Of a stretch of DNA of 64,000 bases, positions 24,829-38,100 are shown one piece after another; the first letter of the stretch is position 1, and the number at the start of each line of letters is the position of its first letter. The translations under genes and the position numbers were made by a program. The stretch comes from the human T2T-CHM13v2.0 reference genome, Homo sapiens: the NCBI RefSeq assembly GCF_009914755.1, contig NC_060932.1. One strand, given 5' to 3'. Below the pieces are notes generated by a model, which saw only the letters and a program-made list of their open reading frames with translations, was not told the DNA's origin and ran no database searches.

Positions 24829-25787
24829 TGTTGTGGGAAGTCAGGGACACCGAATGGAAGGACCGGCTGGAGCCGTGGCAGAGAAACATAAATTGTGAAG
24901 ATTTCATTTTAATATGGACATTTATCAGTTCCCAAATGATACTTTTATAATTTCTTATGCCTGTCTTATTTTAATCTCTTAATCCTGTTATCTTCGTAAG
25001 CTGAGGATGTATATCACCTGAGGACCACTGTGATAATTGTGTTAATTGTACAAACTGATTGTAAAACATGTGTGTTTGAACAATATGAAATCAGTGTACC
25101 TTGAAAAAGAACAGAATAACAGCGATTTTTAGGGAACAAGGGAAGACAACCATAAGGTCTGACTGCCTGCGGGGTCGGGCAGAAAGAGTCATATTTTTCT
25201 TCTTGCAGAGAGCCTATAAGTGGACTTGCAAGTAGGGAAGATATCAGTAAATTCTTTTCCTAGCAAGGAATAATAATATTAATACCCTGGGGAAAGAATG
25301 CATTCCTTGGGGGAGGTCTATAAACGGCTGCTCTGGGAATGTCTGTCCTATGCGGTTGAGATAAGGACTGAAATACGCCCTGGTCTCCTGCAGTATCTTC
25401 AGGCTTACTAGGGTGGGGAAAAACCCAGCCCTGGTAAATTTGTGGTCAGACAGTTTCTCTGCTCTCAAATCCTCTTTTCTGTTGTTTAAGATGTTTATCA
25501 GGATAATACCTGCACCAAGGAACATAGACCCTTATCAGTAGTTCTCCTTTTTGCCCTTTGAAGCATGTGATCTACTCCCTGTTCTTACACCCCCTCCCCT
25601 TTTGAATCCCTTAATAAAAAAACTTGCTGGTTTGAGGCTCAGGTGGGCATCACAGTCCTACTGATATGTGATGTCACCCCCCGTCGCCCAGCTGTAAAAT
25701 TCCTCTCTTTGTATTCTTTCTCTTTATTTTCGACACTTATGGAAAATAGCATCTACATTGAAATATTGGGGGTGGGTTCCCCCGATA
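24829..25787 (+). mobile_element. MER11 LTR copy 3, without the deletion
   Basis: tgttgtgggaagtcaggg...gggttcccccgata; retains 25115-25360, absent from copies 1 and 2. Confidence 0.9.
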
Positions 25788-26779
25788 CTCATTCTCATGA
25801 ATGCCTCCTGATTTCTTCTTTATTTACTGTCCTTAGTGTAAGAACATGTCGACCTCAATGTTATCACACAAGTTACAGGCTATGATGCATACAGAATTCA
25901 TACCTGTTCTGGACAGTCACCTTAAATAGTGTGGCTGGAGCATGCATGCCCTTTCCCTGTGGCATATAAATCCTGGGTCTTGGGGGAACAGCGTGGAGAT
26001 CTACCTGTCTTATGGCTGCCCAAGACCATGATCTGTTTGTAAGTTCCCTCAATAAAGTCCCCTTTACCAATAAACTGGATTTGTTTGCCCCCTTCAGTTT
26101 CTTGGTTCCTTTGGCATTTGGGTGTTGCTTTGCACATACGGCCCTTTCATAGAATCCTATCCTAACTCTAACACCATATTTGGGTAAAAATAGCAGAAAC
26201 ACACATACACACACACACACACACAACTATAGGTCATTCTCATTAATGAGAATAACTATAAACATTTCTATGTGAAATATTAGAAAATGGAGTCAGCACT
26301 ATTGTTATTAAATATGCATTATGAAAAAACAGACTTTATTTCAGAATTGTGAGGATTATTAGAATCTCAGTAGCTGTAATTCACAAGATTAACAGATTAT
26401 GTGCAAAAAATTGTGATGATCTCCAATTACTCTAAAAAATATTTCATGAAATTTTAAACCTCTCTGAATAAAAAAACACATTATGAACAGGAATAAAACT
26501 TTCTTAAGGTAAAATATATCTACCAGAAACATAGAACAAATATACATAAAGTTTTTGTTGAAATAACTTTTATTAAATTCAGAAAACAAGGGTGCAGGTG
26601 GCTAGGCAGTATTTACTGACATTCTCATTGAATGCATTGAGATGACAAAAAGAAGTGTGAGAGCAAATTGTCGTTATTTGTACAAAATAATATTGTATAA
26701 TCCAACAGAATCAACTGAAAACTATTAGAATTAATAAAAGAGCAGTAAATTTGCAGAATATAAAAAATCAAAAATATCT

Positions 26780-26995
26780 TTCTAAAATTCATTATTGCTT
26801 ATATATAAATACATATAATATAAATATGAATATATAAATATATAAGCAACATATATAAGCAATAATATATTTATATATTAGTAATAATCAATTTTATATA
26901 GTAATATTTTATATTATATTATAAATAATATATAAATAATAAATATATAAGCAATAATCAATTTTAAGGGGATATTTATATATATTAGCAATAAT
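26780..26995. repeat. AT-rich low-complexity tract
   Basis: Runs of tatataaata and atatataagcaata. Confidence 0.85.
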
Positions 26996-27219
26996 CTATT
27001 TTAAAAGGTCATAAAAAAGGATACAATTCAAACTAATACCAATAAATGAACAGAAAACCTAGTAAAATATCTAATAAGAAATTCTTAAGACCTATAAAAA
27101 TTGATGGAGCAACATAATAGAAGATTGGAAAAAATAAGAAAGAAAGCCATTTTTAAAAGTTGTCCATTATCCCCCAAATCATCTATAAATTTAATTAATC
27201 TCAACACAAATTCCAATAG

Positions 27220-27243
27220 AATATATATACATATATACTATAC

Positions 27244-27276
<33 letters not shown>
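27220..27276. repeat. Compound (TA)n(GA)n microsatellite
   Basis: Seen directly. Confidence 0.9.
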
Positions 27277-27401
27277 CAATAGGTTTTTGAAACAAAAGAA
27301 CAAAATCTTTCCCTATAAGATTTTAAAATATACTGTAAGGCTATTAGTATTGAAGTAATATAGTAAAGTATAATGAAAGGAAATAATAACCCCCATGGGT
27401 T

Positions 27402-28746
27402 TATAGTGGGAAAGAACTTCTGTAGCAAAAGGCAGATTCACAAGAGAAAAACAAGCAAAGGTTTATTAACATGTATATTTCATATATACATGAGAGACAC
27501 GCAGGGAATGAGTAGTTCTCAAAAAGGTGGCTTTAAATTTCAGCTGTAAACCAAACAGTATCTGAGACAGGTCTCAATCAGTTTAGAAGTTTATTTTGCC
27601 ACGATTAAGAATCATGACCCATGACAGCCTCAGGAGGTCCTGAGAACATATGCCCGAGGCAGTTGGGTTACAGCTTGGTTTTATGTTTTAGGGAGGCATA
27701 GGACATCAATCAATACATGTGATGTATACATTGGTTTCATCTGGAAAGGTCAGACAACTCAAAGTGGGGTGGTGGGGCTTATGGGCCATAGGTGAATTTC
27801 AAGATTTTCTGATTGGCAATTGGTTGAAAGAGTTAAGCTCTGCCTAAAGAGTTGAAATCAGCTTAAGCTAAGGTAAGGGGTTGGGGGTTGAGGGAGGCAG
27901 GGCTTTTGTCATGTATATGAAGCCTCCAGGTAGCCTGTAGCCCACTTCAAAGAGAATAGATGTGACTGTCTCTTATCAAAGGTACCAGACTCTCTGGCAA
28001 GACCTAATAAAGGAAGAGATTCTCTACAAAATGTAAAATTACCCCAGCAAGAGATATCTTTGCAGGGCCATTTAAAACATATGTATTTCTTTCAGACCAC
28101 TGCTATCTGTCATGTGATGCTATACTGGAGCCAGGTTGGAATTTGGTATCTTATGGCTACAAAGAGTCTCTTCTGTCAGTCTTAAGATCTCTATTTTAAT
28201 GTTAATGCTGATCAGCTGTGTGCCTGGACTCCAAAGGGAGGAAAGGATCACTAGGCATGTCCAAACCCCCTTCCTGCCACGATCTGACCTAGATTTTCAG
28301 GGGTCGTTGGGTCCCCTTGGGCCAGAGGAGGGTCCACTCGATCAATTTTGAGGGGATTATAATTTTATTTTGGGTTTACATAGCTTATATAGCATCTTCA
28401 ACAAAAACAAGTGAATTTCAAGAGAAGCAATATGAGAAAGAAGGACTTTGAATCTCTAAGAGCAGCAACTTGTGGAAATGCAAATAAATGGCAGATAAAT
28501 GCTAGTTGGTAAAGCTCTGGTACAAGCTCTAGGTCAATAAGAATTCAAAGTTGTTTTTTGTGGATGACCTTTGCTCTCCCTGGTAGAAAGGTGGGCAGGA
28601 TACCTTCTGTCTTTGTAAATCTATATCCTGGACCTATGGGAGGCAAATAGGAGGCTGGCAGAGAGCTTTCTTGCATTTGCTTCTTCTGAATTGCCTTCAG
28701 CTCAACAATCCTTCATATTTTGGGGGGCTTATTCTGCTCTCCCTCA
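27402..28746 (-). mobile_element. MER34/MER39-group LTR interrupted by MER4
   Basis: ggcagattcacaagagaaaa...tttattaacatgtat; ends ttcagctcaacaatccttcatattttggggggcttattctgctctccctca. Confidence 0.65.
27545..28380 (-). mobile_element. MER4-family solo LTR
   Basis: tgtaaaccaaacagtatctgagacaggtctcaatc...ttttattttgggtttaca; 4-bp TSD cagc/tagc. Confidence 0.85.
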
Positions 28747-29324
28747 ATAGGTTCAAAAATAGACAAATTAAACAATAGAAAATAATTAAAAATCCAGAAA
28801 TAGTACTGTGTGTCTCTTTCTGTCTCTCTGTGTTCCTCTCCTACCCCCTCCACCACACCCACAAATGCATGTTTGTAAGCACATACCCTGGAATTTAGTT
28901 TATATTAGATGTGACATTTTATATCAGAGGCAGGGAAACACAATGGAATATTCAAAAACAATTTGAGAATTATTCAGGATTCATTTGAGCAAAGACATTA
29001 CATTTTTATTCCTACCTTACACCACAGAAAACTAAATTCTGGAGTAAGAGCTAATATTTAAAGCAAAACATTTTTTTTAAAGTTTGAAGAAAACATGGAA
29101 TAAACTTTTACACTCTTGTGATGGGGCAGTGTCTAAACAGGGTACAAAACTAAAATAGCATCAAGGAAAAGATCAATTAATATAATGAAAAAAACCCTGA
29201 GTTTAATTATGTATGACAAAAGACTTTAATGAACTAAGTTAAAAATAAGAGTTTGGGAGAAAAAAACCTGCAACCTACATAACAAACAAAGGATTAATAC
29301 CCAAAATATGCAAAGAGCTTCTAC

Positions 29325-30077
29325 TGCAATCTGCTGTTGCAAAATTATAACTGAGAAAATTATTACAGTGAAAGATATCTGACCTAACAAACTCTATCCT
29401 GCTTCTAACCTCCAAGCTGTCCTTGGTCATTCCTGGGCATAGGCCAAACTAACTTTGGGAGGAACTTAGTTTATGGTTTAACTTTGAAACAAAGACTATA
29501 ACAGCCCTTTCCCGAAACAAACCACTTTCCTGTCTGGGGACTAGACTGCCCTTGTAGGATTAACAAATTAGCCACAAGATTATAAATTATGGATTAGGAA
29601 TCATGCAGCTAGAGGCTGCAAGATTCTGACCCTCCCCGAATTGCTCCCAGATATAACATCACTATTGTAAAACCTAAGATCAGTGCTTGAGATATTTTGC
29701 AGACCCTGCAGTTAATGGATCAGTTGGCACCACCCAATCAATAAACTGACTCGTCTTATGGTCTTGTGGATTTGAGGTCTTGTGGCCCCTACCCAGGAAC
29801 TGACTCAGTGCAAGAGGACAGCTTTGGCTCCCTATGATTTCATCTCTGACCTAATCAATCAGCACTCCCAACTCACTGGCCCCCCCACCCACCAAATTAT
29901 CCTCAAAAAACCTGATCCTCAAGTTGTCAGGGAGACTGATTTGAATAATAATAAAAGTCCAGTCTCCTGTACAGCCAACTTTGCATGAATTAAACCCTTT
30001 CTCTATTGCAATTCCTCTGTCTTGATAAATCAGCTTAGTCTAAGCAGCAGGTAAAGAGAACCTGTTGGGTGGTTACA
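29325..30077 (+). mobile_element. LTR8/LTR8A solo LTR (ERV1)
   Basis: ttgcaaaattataactgagaaaattattacagtgaaagat...gaacctgttgggtggttaca. Confidence 0.85.
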
Positions 30078-30294
30078 CAAGAAAAAATAGCCCATAAAAA
30101 TAAGAATAAGTGATATGAACCAGTATTTAAAGATAAAATACAGTGTCCAATAACTGTATGAAAGATGCTCAACTTCACTAATAGTTATGGAGATGCAAAT
30201 TAAGCAAGATTTTTTTTACCATAAGATTGACTCCAAAGTCTTAAATAGTCACAATATTTTATACATTTTTGTGGGGGTGTAGTGGGGATGTAAA

Positions 30295-30883
30295 TATAGG
30301 AGACCAGAATATGCCACCTCAAAATATGACTATAGGAGACCAGAATATGCCATTCCAAAATATGCCTTGTTGGCATAAGGATTATTTTGAGCTGATTATT
30401 TTGAGAAATCGCAGACACAGAAGAAGCTCTGAAAATAAGAGTAGAAGTTATGCTTTTGTATCGGAAATTTACATCTCTGAAGGAATTCTCCATTTGTAAG
30501 GGTGTCTCCCTCTCTGTACCAGGAAGGGAAGTATTATTCTAAATCAATAGAGACTCTTATCAATGGAGAAGGCATCCACTTAAATCTGCATAACAAGACT
30601 TACTCTTGTCTATTGTCTTGCTTTTCCTGGTCATCTACCTATAACTGGCCTTCCGAAAACCCTCCTTTCTTTGTTTCAGCAGACATGGTATTTAAATATG
30701 AATTCAAAGCCAACTCTTTGAGATTTAAAAGAATCCTTTCTCTGGGTATCTCCTATGTATATATGAGGTATACAGGTTAATATACTTCTGTTTGTTTCTC
30801 TCTTGTTAATCTGTCTTTGGCTACATGGGTCCATCCTAACTAAGAACTATAAGAGTAGAGGAAAACATTTATTCCTCCCTACA
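30295..30883 (+). mobile_element. MER34-family solo LTR
   Basis: Two copies of taggagaccagaatatgcca...aaaatatg at the start; ends ttcctccctaca. Confidence 0.8.
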
Positions 30884-31559
30884 GAAATATGGTACATTTG
30901 ACCACACTAAATCTGGCTTTCCTAAGGTCATTCTCTCAGCTCTAGCCTTTAAATCTGAGAAAAGAAAATGGCATAATGTGAAATTTCCATTATTAAAGAC
31001 CAGGTCCTTCTCCAGAGGAAGAAAAAATAATGTTTAAGATAGGAAATAATTTCATTTGAAATCTTTAAGAGAACATGTTCTCAGTTCTTTCATACATAAA
31101 GACAAAAGTAAACAGAATGTTATTTGAGATGAACAGATATTTTCATGCAAAGTTGCCTGAACAATTCATCCAGAACCCTGGATCATCACCACCTCAGCAG
31201 TGAATACTAGATGAAGTACAGAATATGTATAAAGAGTTCTTCTTTCACAAGCTATCCAGTCACTTAGAATCCAAATACAAATTTATATCCTAATTCTGGA
31301 GGCTGTTCTTCAGTGCATTTTATTTTAAAATAAACTTACAAATCACATAACATCCCATAACAGTGGGAAAATGAAGCAGTCTTGGGTAAATACCATCTCT
31401 ATTATTTCAAGTAGACAGCATATTTGGGCCCTTTACCTTATCACCACTTATAAGAAATCTACACTATACAAAACTCTTTCTTCCATATCAACTCAGTAAT
31501 TTGCAACATAGTCACCAATGTAAATGTAAGAGGAAAATATATGAAAGGAAATAATCCCC

Positions 31560-31563
<4 letters not shown>

Positions 31564-31608
<45 letters not shown>
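31564..31608. repeat. (CA)n microsatellite, ~22 units
   Basis: Perfect AC run. Confidence 0.97.
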
Positions 31609-31612
<4 letters not shown>

Positions 31613-32129
31613 TCATCAGAAATGGAAGGAACACATTTCCAATGTGAACAGAAAAGTAAAAATATGTCCATCTATTAAACATTGCCTTCCGTTTCTTCAT
31701 ATATTCATTCAATGGGCATTTGGGGGAAGGGCGCTAAGCACTGTTCTGAGAATACAAAGATGAGTAAGGCACAACCCTTCAAAGACATGGTCTAATGGGA
31801 GAGGCAGACAGATAATTACAAGGCAATATTTTCACTGCTGTAAGCAGGGATATGTGAAGAAGTATGAGGGGGCATAGACACAGGAACTGTAACTACATTT
31901 GAGAAATCAGAAAATAAATACATAAACATTTGAGCTCAGTTTCAAAATTCCACATTATGCAATAGCACTAGTTAAAGCTCCAGAATTATGCAGTAGAATT
32001 TCTATTATGTCTGACATAGGAATATTAGTCATCAAAAGCAATAGCTGAAAGCACCAACCTAAAGATATGAATAGAAAGTAAGAAAGGTCTTGTAAGGTAC
32101 ACACATTTGAGGAAATTAGAAGAGCTAAC

Positions 32130-33240
32130 AAGCTCAGAACAAAGCAAGAATATCCATTCTTGCCAATTCTGTTCAACATTACAATAAGTACAATGAAATA
32201 AAAAGGCAAAAATTGGAAAGGAAGAAATAAAACTATCTTTGTTCACAGATGATATAATTGTGTATGTAGAAAATCCTAAGGAAACTACCAAAAATACTAG
32301 ATGCCAGGCACAGTGGTTCATGCCTGTAATCCCAACACTTTGGGAGGCTGAGGTGGGAGGATTGCTTGAACTTAGAAGTCTAAGACCAGCCTAGACAACA
32401 TAGCAAGACCCTGTCCCTACAAAAAATTTTTAAAATTAGCCCAGTGTGGTGCTGTGTGCCTGTAGTCCCAGCTGTCAGGAGGCAGAGGTGGGAGGATCGC
32501 ACAAGTGCAGGAACTCTAGGTTGCAGTGAGCCATGAGCACGCCACTGCACTCCAGCCTGGGCAACAGAGTGAAACGCTGTCTCAAAAATATAGATGTACA
32601 TATATACTAGAATAAGTAAATTTAGGTCAATGTACATAAATTAACTGTACTTTCATATAGCTGCAACAAACAATTGAAAAATTAAGCAAAAAAATTTACA
32701 ATAGCATCAAAAATTTAAAATAATTATGAATAAATTTGACAAAGGTTGTCTAAGACTTCATGTTGAAACTACAAAATATTGCTGAGAGGTATTAAAGACT
32801 TCCCAAATCAATGAAAATATATACCATGTTCATGGATCAGAAGACTTGACATTGTTAAGATGTCAATTCTCCCCGAATTGATGTATAGATTTACTGCAAT
32901 CCCAATTAAAATCCAAAAATGTTTTTTTGTAGAAATCAACAATTTGATTTGAATATGAGAATATGAATGACAGAATGACAGAAAATACTCAATACAACAA
33001 TAAAAAGGAAGAATGATGTTGGAGGATTTGCACTACTTGGTTTTAAGATTTCCTATAAAGCTACAATAATCAAAACACTGTGGTATTTATGTGGTATTGA
33101 TTGCCGCTGGATTGACTGGAAAGACACTTAAAGGAAATTTCTGGGACAAAGTAAATGTTCTATATCTTAATTGATGTGGTGACTTCACAGGTGTATAGTT
33201 TATCAACATAAACATTTGAATACCCATAATGTACCAGTTT
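32130..33240 (+). mobile_element. Old L1M ORF2/3' fragment interrupted by an AluJ
   Basis: aaactatctttgttcacagatgatataattgtgtatgtagaaaatcc (degenerate LFADD), ataccatgttcatggatcagaagac. Confidence 0.75.
32301..32590 (+). mobile_element. AluJ SINE
   Basis: ggaggattgcttgaa and ggaggatcgc in the two arms are AluJ-type. Confidence 0.9.
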
Positions 33241-34721
33241 GTCTTAACCACTCGAGATGCATCAGTAAAAAACAACAAAAAAGGAAAAGACAGAGATGCT
33301 GTCATGGAACATACATCTTAGCAGGGGTTAGGGAAGAAAGAGAGACATATAATAAAGAAAACATATAATATAGAAATTATATGGTTTTTTAGAGGGTAGC
33401 AGTACTGTGGAAAAAGAAAAAGTCCAGTAGGTTAAAGGGCTGGGAGAGTGCAATTTTATAGTACGTTGTCAGAAAAGGCCTCACTGGGAAGGTAACAGTA
33501 AAGCCAACACTTGACAGAATAGAATGAGTTAGACATGCTCTTACTCCCTAGGGGAAGGAGTGTTCCTAGGAACTGCAAAGATGCCAGTGTACCTGCAGAA
33601 GAGCTTTCTTAGTGCAGCACCACTCAAACAGAACTGTTCTCTAAAGATATGGCAAGCACATCCCTGAGTGGCTCCACTTGAGCTTATCACAATGAGATTT
33701 ACACTCATCAAATCTCATTCCATGTGCTTTTGACTTACTATTTTGATGTTGCATGCATGAAGCAGGAGGTAAATTCCCTCACTGTTGAGTTCTGGTCAGC
33801 AACCTAGGATGGAAGGACATTGGTACACCCTCAATATGTCTGATTTTATTTCTGAAAGGTCAAAACCAAAACCAAAACAAAACACAAAAATACAAACAGT
33901 GCTCATTTCCCAGTGGCTCTTGGGTCCTGCATTGGAGGCAGAGAGAGAGCAATTGGGGATAAATAAGAATGCTATAAATTCTTGAGAGCTCTCCAGGGAG
34001 AAGTAAGCTGCTTCTGAAAGAAAACAGTAGGACAGGACCATAGCCAGGATCTACACAATTTTGAAAAGAGTTGACACTTACTGAGGTCCCAGAATATTAG
34101 TGCTATGTGGTCATGCAAAGTGGGAATTTATTTTGTTGTTCTTCAGAGTATTCTGGAAGACAGTCTATTTATCTTGTTTTGTCCAAAAGGGGCAGCAGTG
34201 TTATGACTATACACATCATTTGTCCACCCAGTTTGAACAGCTTCCCTTAGGACATAATTCAGATGGCAGAGTGGATGATACTAGCCTTTATCCCCTTGAC
34301 ACAAGACAAAATATATAGATAGCTATCCACAACCAGAATAGCCCTGAAAGAGCTCAAAGGCCCATTAAAGATCTTTTATGTGTGAATATTCTTTTTGGTT
34401 TTGTTCCACTGTGTTCCATCTACAGGAAGACAGTGGAGCAAAAACAAAAAGAATATTCACACAGAAAAGATCCCTGCTGAAGCTGGCATACCTGAGAATT
34501 CAGGAGACTGCTAGGAACAAAGAAGAAAGGCTGAGGCTATCAGCCACATGGGGGGAATTACTGTGGTCCCCAGTGACCTGCTCTACAGAGGACACTAGCA
34601 TCATTTGCCATTGAGGTAACCAACAGCCATTTCCTCCAGGGAACCCCAGAGAGGAAGACACAGCTGCGCACCCCTCCTGCCCTAAGCAGCAGCCACTGTT
34701 GAGCTGCTTTAGGAAAGGAGC

Positions 34722-35183
34722 TAAGGGAGGAGACCACCCCTCATATTGTCTTATGCCCAATTTCTGCCTCCAAAGAAAGAAAAAGTGAAAACTAAAAGGC
34801 AGAAATGAAATCCACAAGCAGACAGCCCGGCGCCACACCCTGGGCCTGGTAGTTAAAGATCAACCCCTGACCTAATCGGTTATGTTATCTATAGATTACA
34901 GACATTGTATAGAAAAGCACTGTGAAAATCCCTATCCTGTTTTGTTCCGATCTAATCACCAGTGCATGCAGCCCCCAGTCACGTACCCTCTGCTTGCTCA
35001 ATCGATCACGACCCTCTCACGCGCACCGCCTTAGAGTTGTGAGTTCTTAAAAGGGACAGGAATTGCTCACTTGGGGAGCTCGGCTCTTGAGACAGGAGTC
35101 TCGCTGATGCCCCCGGCCGAATAAACCCCTTCCTTCTTTAACTCGGTGTCTGAGGAGTTTTGTCTGTGGCTCGTCCTGCTACA
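34722..35183 (+). mobile_element. LTR2 solo LTR (HERV-E)
   Basis: taagggaggagaccacccctcatattg...gctcgtcctgctaca; perfect 4-bp TSD GAGC; AATAAA at ~35120. Confidence 0.92.
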
Positions 35184-38100
35184 GAGCCACCATCTTTCCC
35201 AACCCTGCACTTGTCCTGGCCCCCAAGCTGGGACTGAACTGCATGTGCCCACACTGCAGACTTGGTCTCTGTGGCGACACTCCTCTCACCCACATCTCAG
35301 ACACCACAGCCATCACCATGGTGAGCTAGTTCACACTCTGGACCCTGGAGCCAAGCTCTTACTGCATACACTCAAACTCTGGACTTCAGCTCAGCCACTA
35401 CAGAAAGGTAGGCTCCATGCTAACCTTGGAGCCACTGTAACTCCGTCTCAACCTGTGTTCCTATTCTGGTTCCCTGGCTACTTCACAAGTACCCACACCT
35501 TACATGCTGTTGGCAATGTGGCAGCAGGAGTGCTTGAACCCTAAGGACCAGTGCCATAGCTGCCCCACATCCCAGAACTGTAGTCTCTTCACACATACCC
35601 GTGCTTCAGGCCTCAGCCCTGTAACTACTCCACAGGCAACACACTTAAGACACTGGTGCCACTGCCACTTCAGGTGGGCCTGCAAACCAGACCCAGTGCC
35701 AACAGGAATCCCTTTAGCCAAAACTTCCACAGTGGAAAAAAAAATAGATCAGGAGAATCTTAGTAATCATTACGATCATAGACCCCAGCAATCTTCACCA
35801 CCACCGCAGACATCCACAACATTGAGTGCTGAGGATCTCTGCAATCATTGTCAACACTAACCTTAGCTGACAGAGCTGCACAATGACTACACGACTGCAT
35901 CCTCATTGGTGCCAGAACCACTGCACCCCACTCAGCAAGCACCCTCACACCCTTCCACCAGAAGAAAGTATTTTCATAGCAAAATTAGCCTTTAAAGTCT
36001 GCAATAGGTTACTGCTCCACCAAACAGGCAGACATCAACATAAGGCAAGAAGAAACATGACAAGTCAAAAAGACATAACACAACCAAAAGAACACAATAA
36101 TTTCCCAGTAGCAAGCCTCAAATAAATGGAGATATACAAACTGCATGACAAAGAATTCAAAAAAAATTGTTTTAAGGAAGCTCAGTGAACTTCAAGAAAA
36201 TACAGAGTAATAAGTCAGTGAAAGCAGGAAAACAATAAATGACCAAAAATAGAAATTTGGCAAAAAGATTAACATTATTTTTAAAATTAAATAGAAATTC
36301 TGGAGCTGAAAAATACAATGAAGAACATGAAAAAAATGAATGTGATAGTGTCAACAGCAGAATTGATCAAGCAGAAGAAACAATCTGTGAACTCAAAAAT
36401 AAGTTATTTGAAAATACACAATCAGAGCCAGGAAAAGAAAAAAATGAAAAGGAATGAAGAAAGCATACAGGATTTAGGGGACAGCATTAAAGAGTGAATA
36501 TTCAAGCTACAGGTGTTAAAAGAAGGAGAAGAGAGGAAAAAAGTATAAAGTATACTTAAAGAAATAATAGCAAAAAACTTTCCAAATCTGGGAGGAGATA
36601 GAAATAGCCAGGGATAAGGAGGTCAAAGGTCTCCAATCAGATTCAATAAGACTACACCAAGACATATTATAACCAAACTGTAAAAATGAAAGACAAAGGG
36701 GAAACTCTGAAAGCAGCAAGAGAAAAGAAGCAAATCACATATAAGGGAGTCCCAATAAGGCTAGCAGCAGAATTCTCAGCAGAAATGTTACAAGCCAGGA
36801 GAGAGTGGGATGATATATTCAAAGTGCTGAAGAAAAAAAAATTAAGAATAAGTAAACCAAGAATACTTTATCCACCAAATCTGTCTTTCAGAAATGAAGG
36901 AAAGGTAAAGATTGTCCCAGACAAGCAAAAGCTCAGGGAGTTCATTACCACCAGAACTATCTACAGGAAATGCTACAGGGAATTATTCAAAATAAAAAAA
37001 GATGCTAATTAGTAACAAAAAACATAGAAAAGTATGCAACTCACTTGTAAAAATATGTACACACTCAAATTCAGAATATGTTAATACTGTAATGATGGTG
37101 GGTAAATCACTTATATTGTTAGTATGACAGGTTAAAAGACAAAACTGTTAAAAAATAGTAATAGCTACAATAATTTGTTAAGGAATATACAATATAAAAA
37201 GATGTACATTGTGACAACAAAAACATAAAGTGTGGGTGACAAGAGTAAAAGTGTAGAGTTATTTTATGCAATCAAAGTTAAGTGTTATCAGCTTAAAATA
37301 GCTTGTTATAACTACAAGATGTTTTATGTTAGCCTTATAAGGCTAACCACAAAGTAAAAACCTATAGTAAGTGCATAAAATGTAAAATGTAAAAAATAAG
37401 GAATCAAAACACACTAGTAGAGAAAAATCCTCTAATAACAGAGGAGGAAGACAGGAAGAAAGAAACAACAAGAGAGAAAAAAAGAAATGATCTACCAAAC
37501 AACCAGAAAACAATGAACAAAATGTCAGTAGTAAGTCCTTACCTATGAATAATTATCTTGACTATAAATGGATTAAATTCTCCAATTAAAGACAAGGATT
37601 AGATGAATGGATAAAGAAAAAAAAAAAACACAACTATTTGTTACCTACAAGAGAATCACATCACCTTTAAAGACACATATAGATTGATAGTGAAAGGATG
37701 GGAAAAGATATTCCATGGGAACAGAAAACAAAAAGAGCAGGGGTACCTATACTTGTATCAAATCAAATAGATGTAAGCCAGAATATGTAAAACAAGACAA
37801 AGAAGGTCATTATATAATGACAAAGGGATCGATTTATCAAGAGGATATAACAGTTATAAATATATATGCATCCAATATCAGAGCACCTAAATGCATAAAA
37901 CACTATTAATAGATCTGAAGAGAGAGATACTGCAATACAATAATAGTAGGGGAATGCAATACCCCACTTTCAGCAATGGACAGATAATCCAGATAGGAAA
38001 TCAACGAGGAAACATTGGACTTTATGTATTAGACTAAATGTACCTAATAGACATGTATAGAACATTCTATCCAACAGCAGCAGAATACACATTCTTCTCA

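Larger units (their letters stand above)
22788..26156 (+). mobile_element. LTR47-like LTR hosting the MER11 array (parts 22788-22854 and 25788-26156)
   Basis: catcttggatactaatctgccaggttgacttctgattagccccagt continues after the array as catgaatgcctcctgatttc; TATA-like tataaa and aataaa downstream. Confidence 0.6.

Noticed and set aside
22855-25787. CRISPR-like repeat-spacer array or intact env gene
   Set aside because: The repeats are 0.7-1 kb LTRs and the spacers are copies of each other; env is only a C-terminal fragment with a stop or frameshift.
30294-30366. 36-bp tandem duplication at the LTR start
   Set aside because: As I recall, some MER34 subfamily consensus sequences carry this duplication, so it is probably not locus-specific (unverified).
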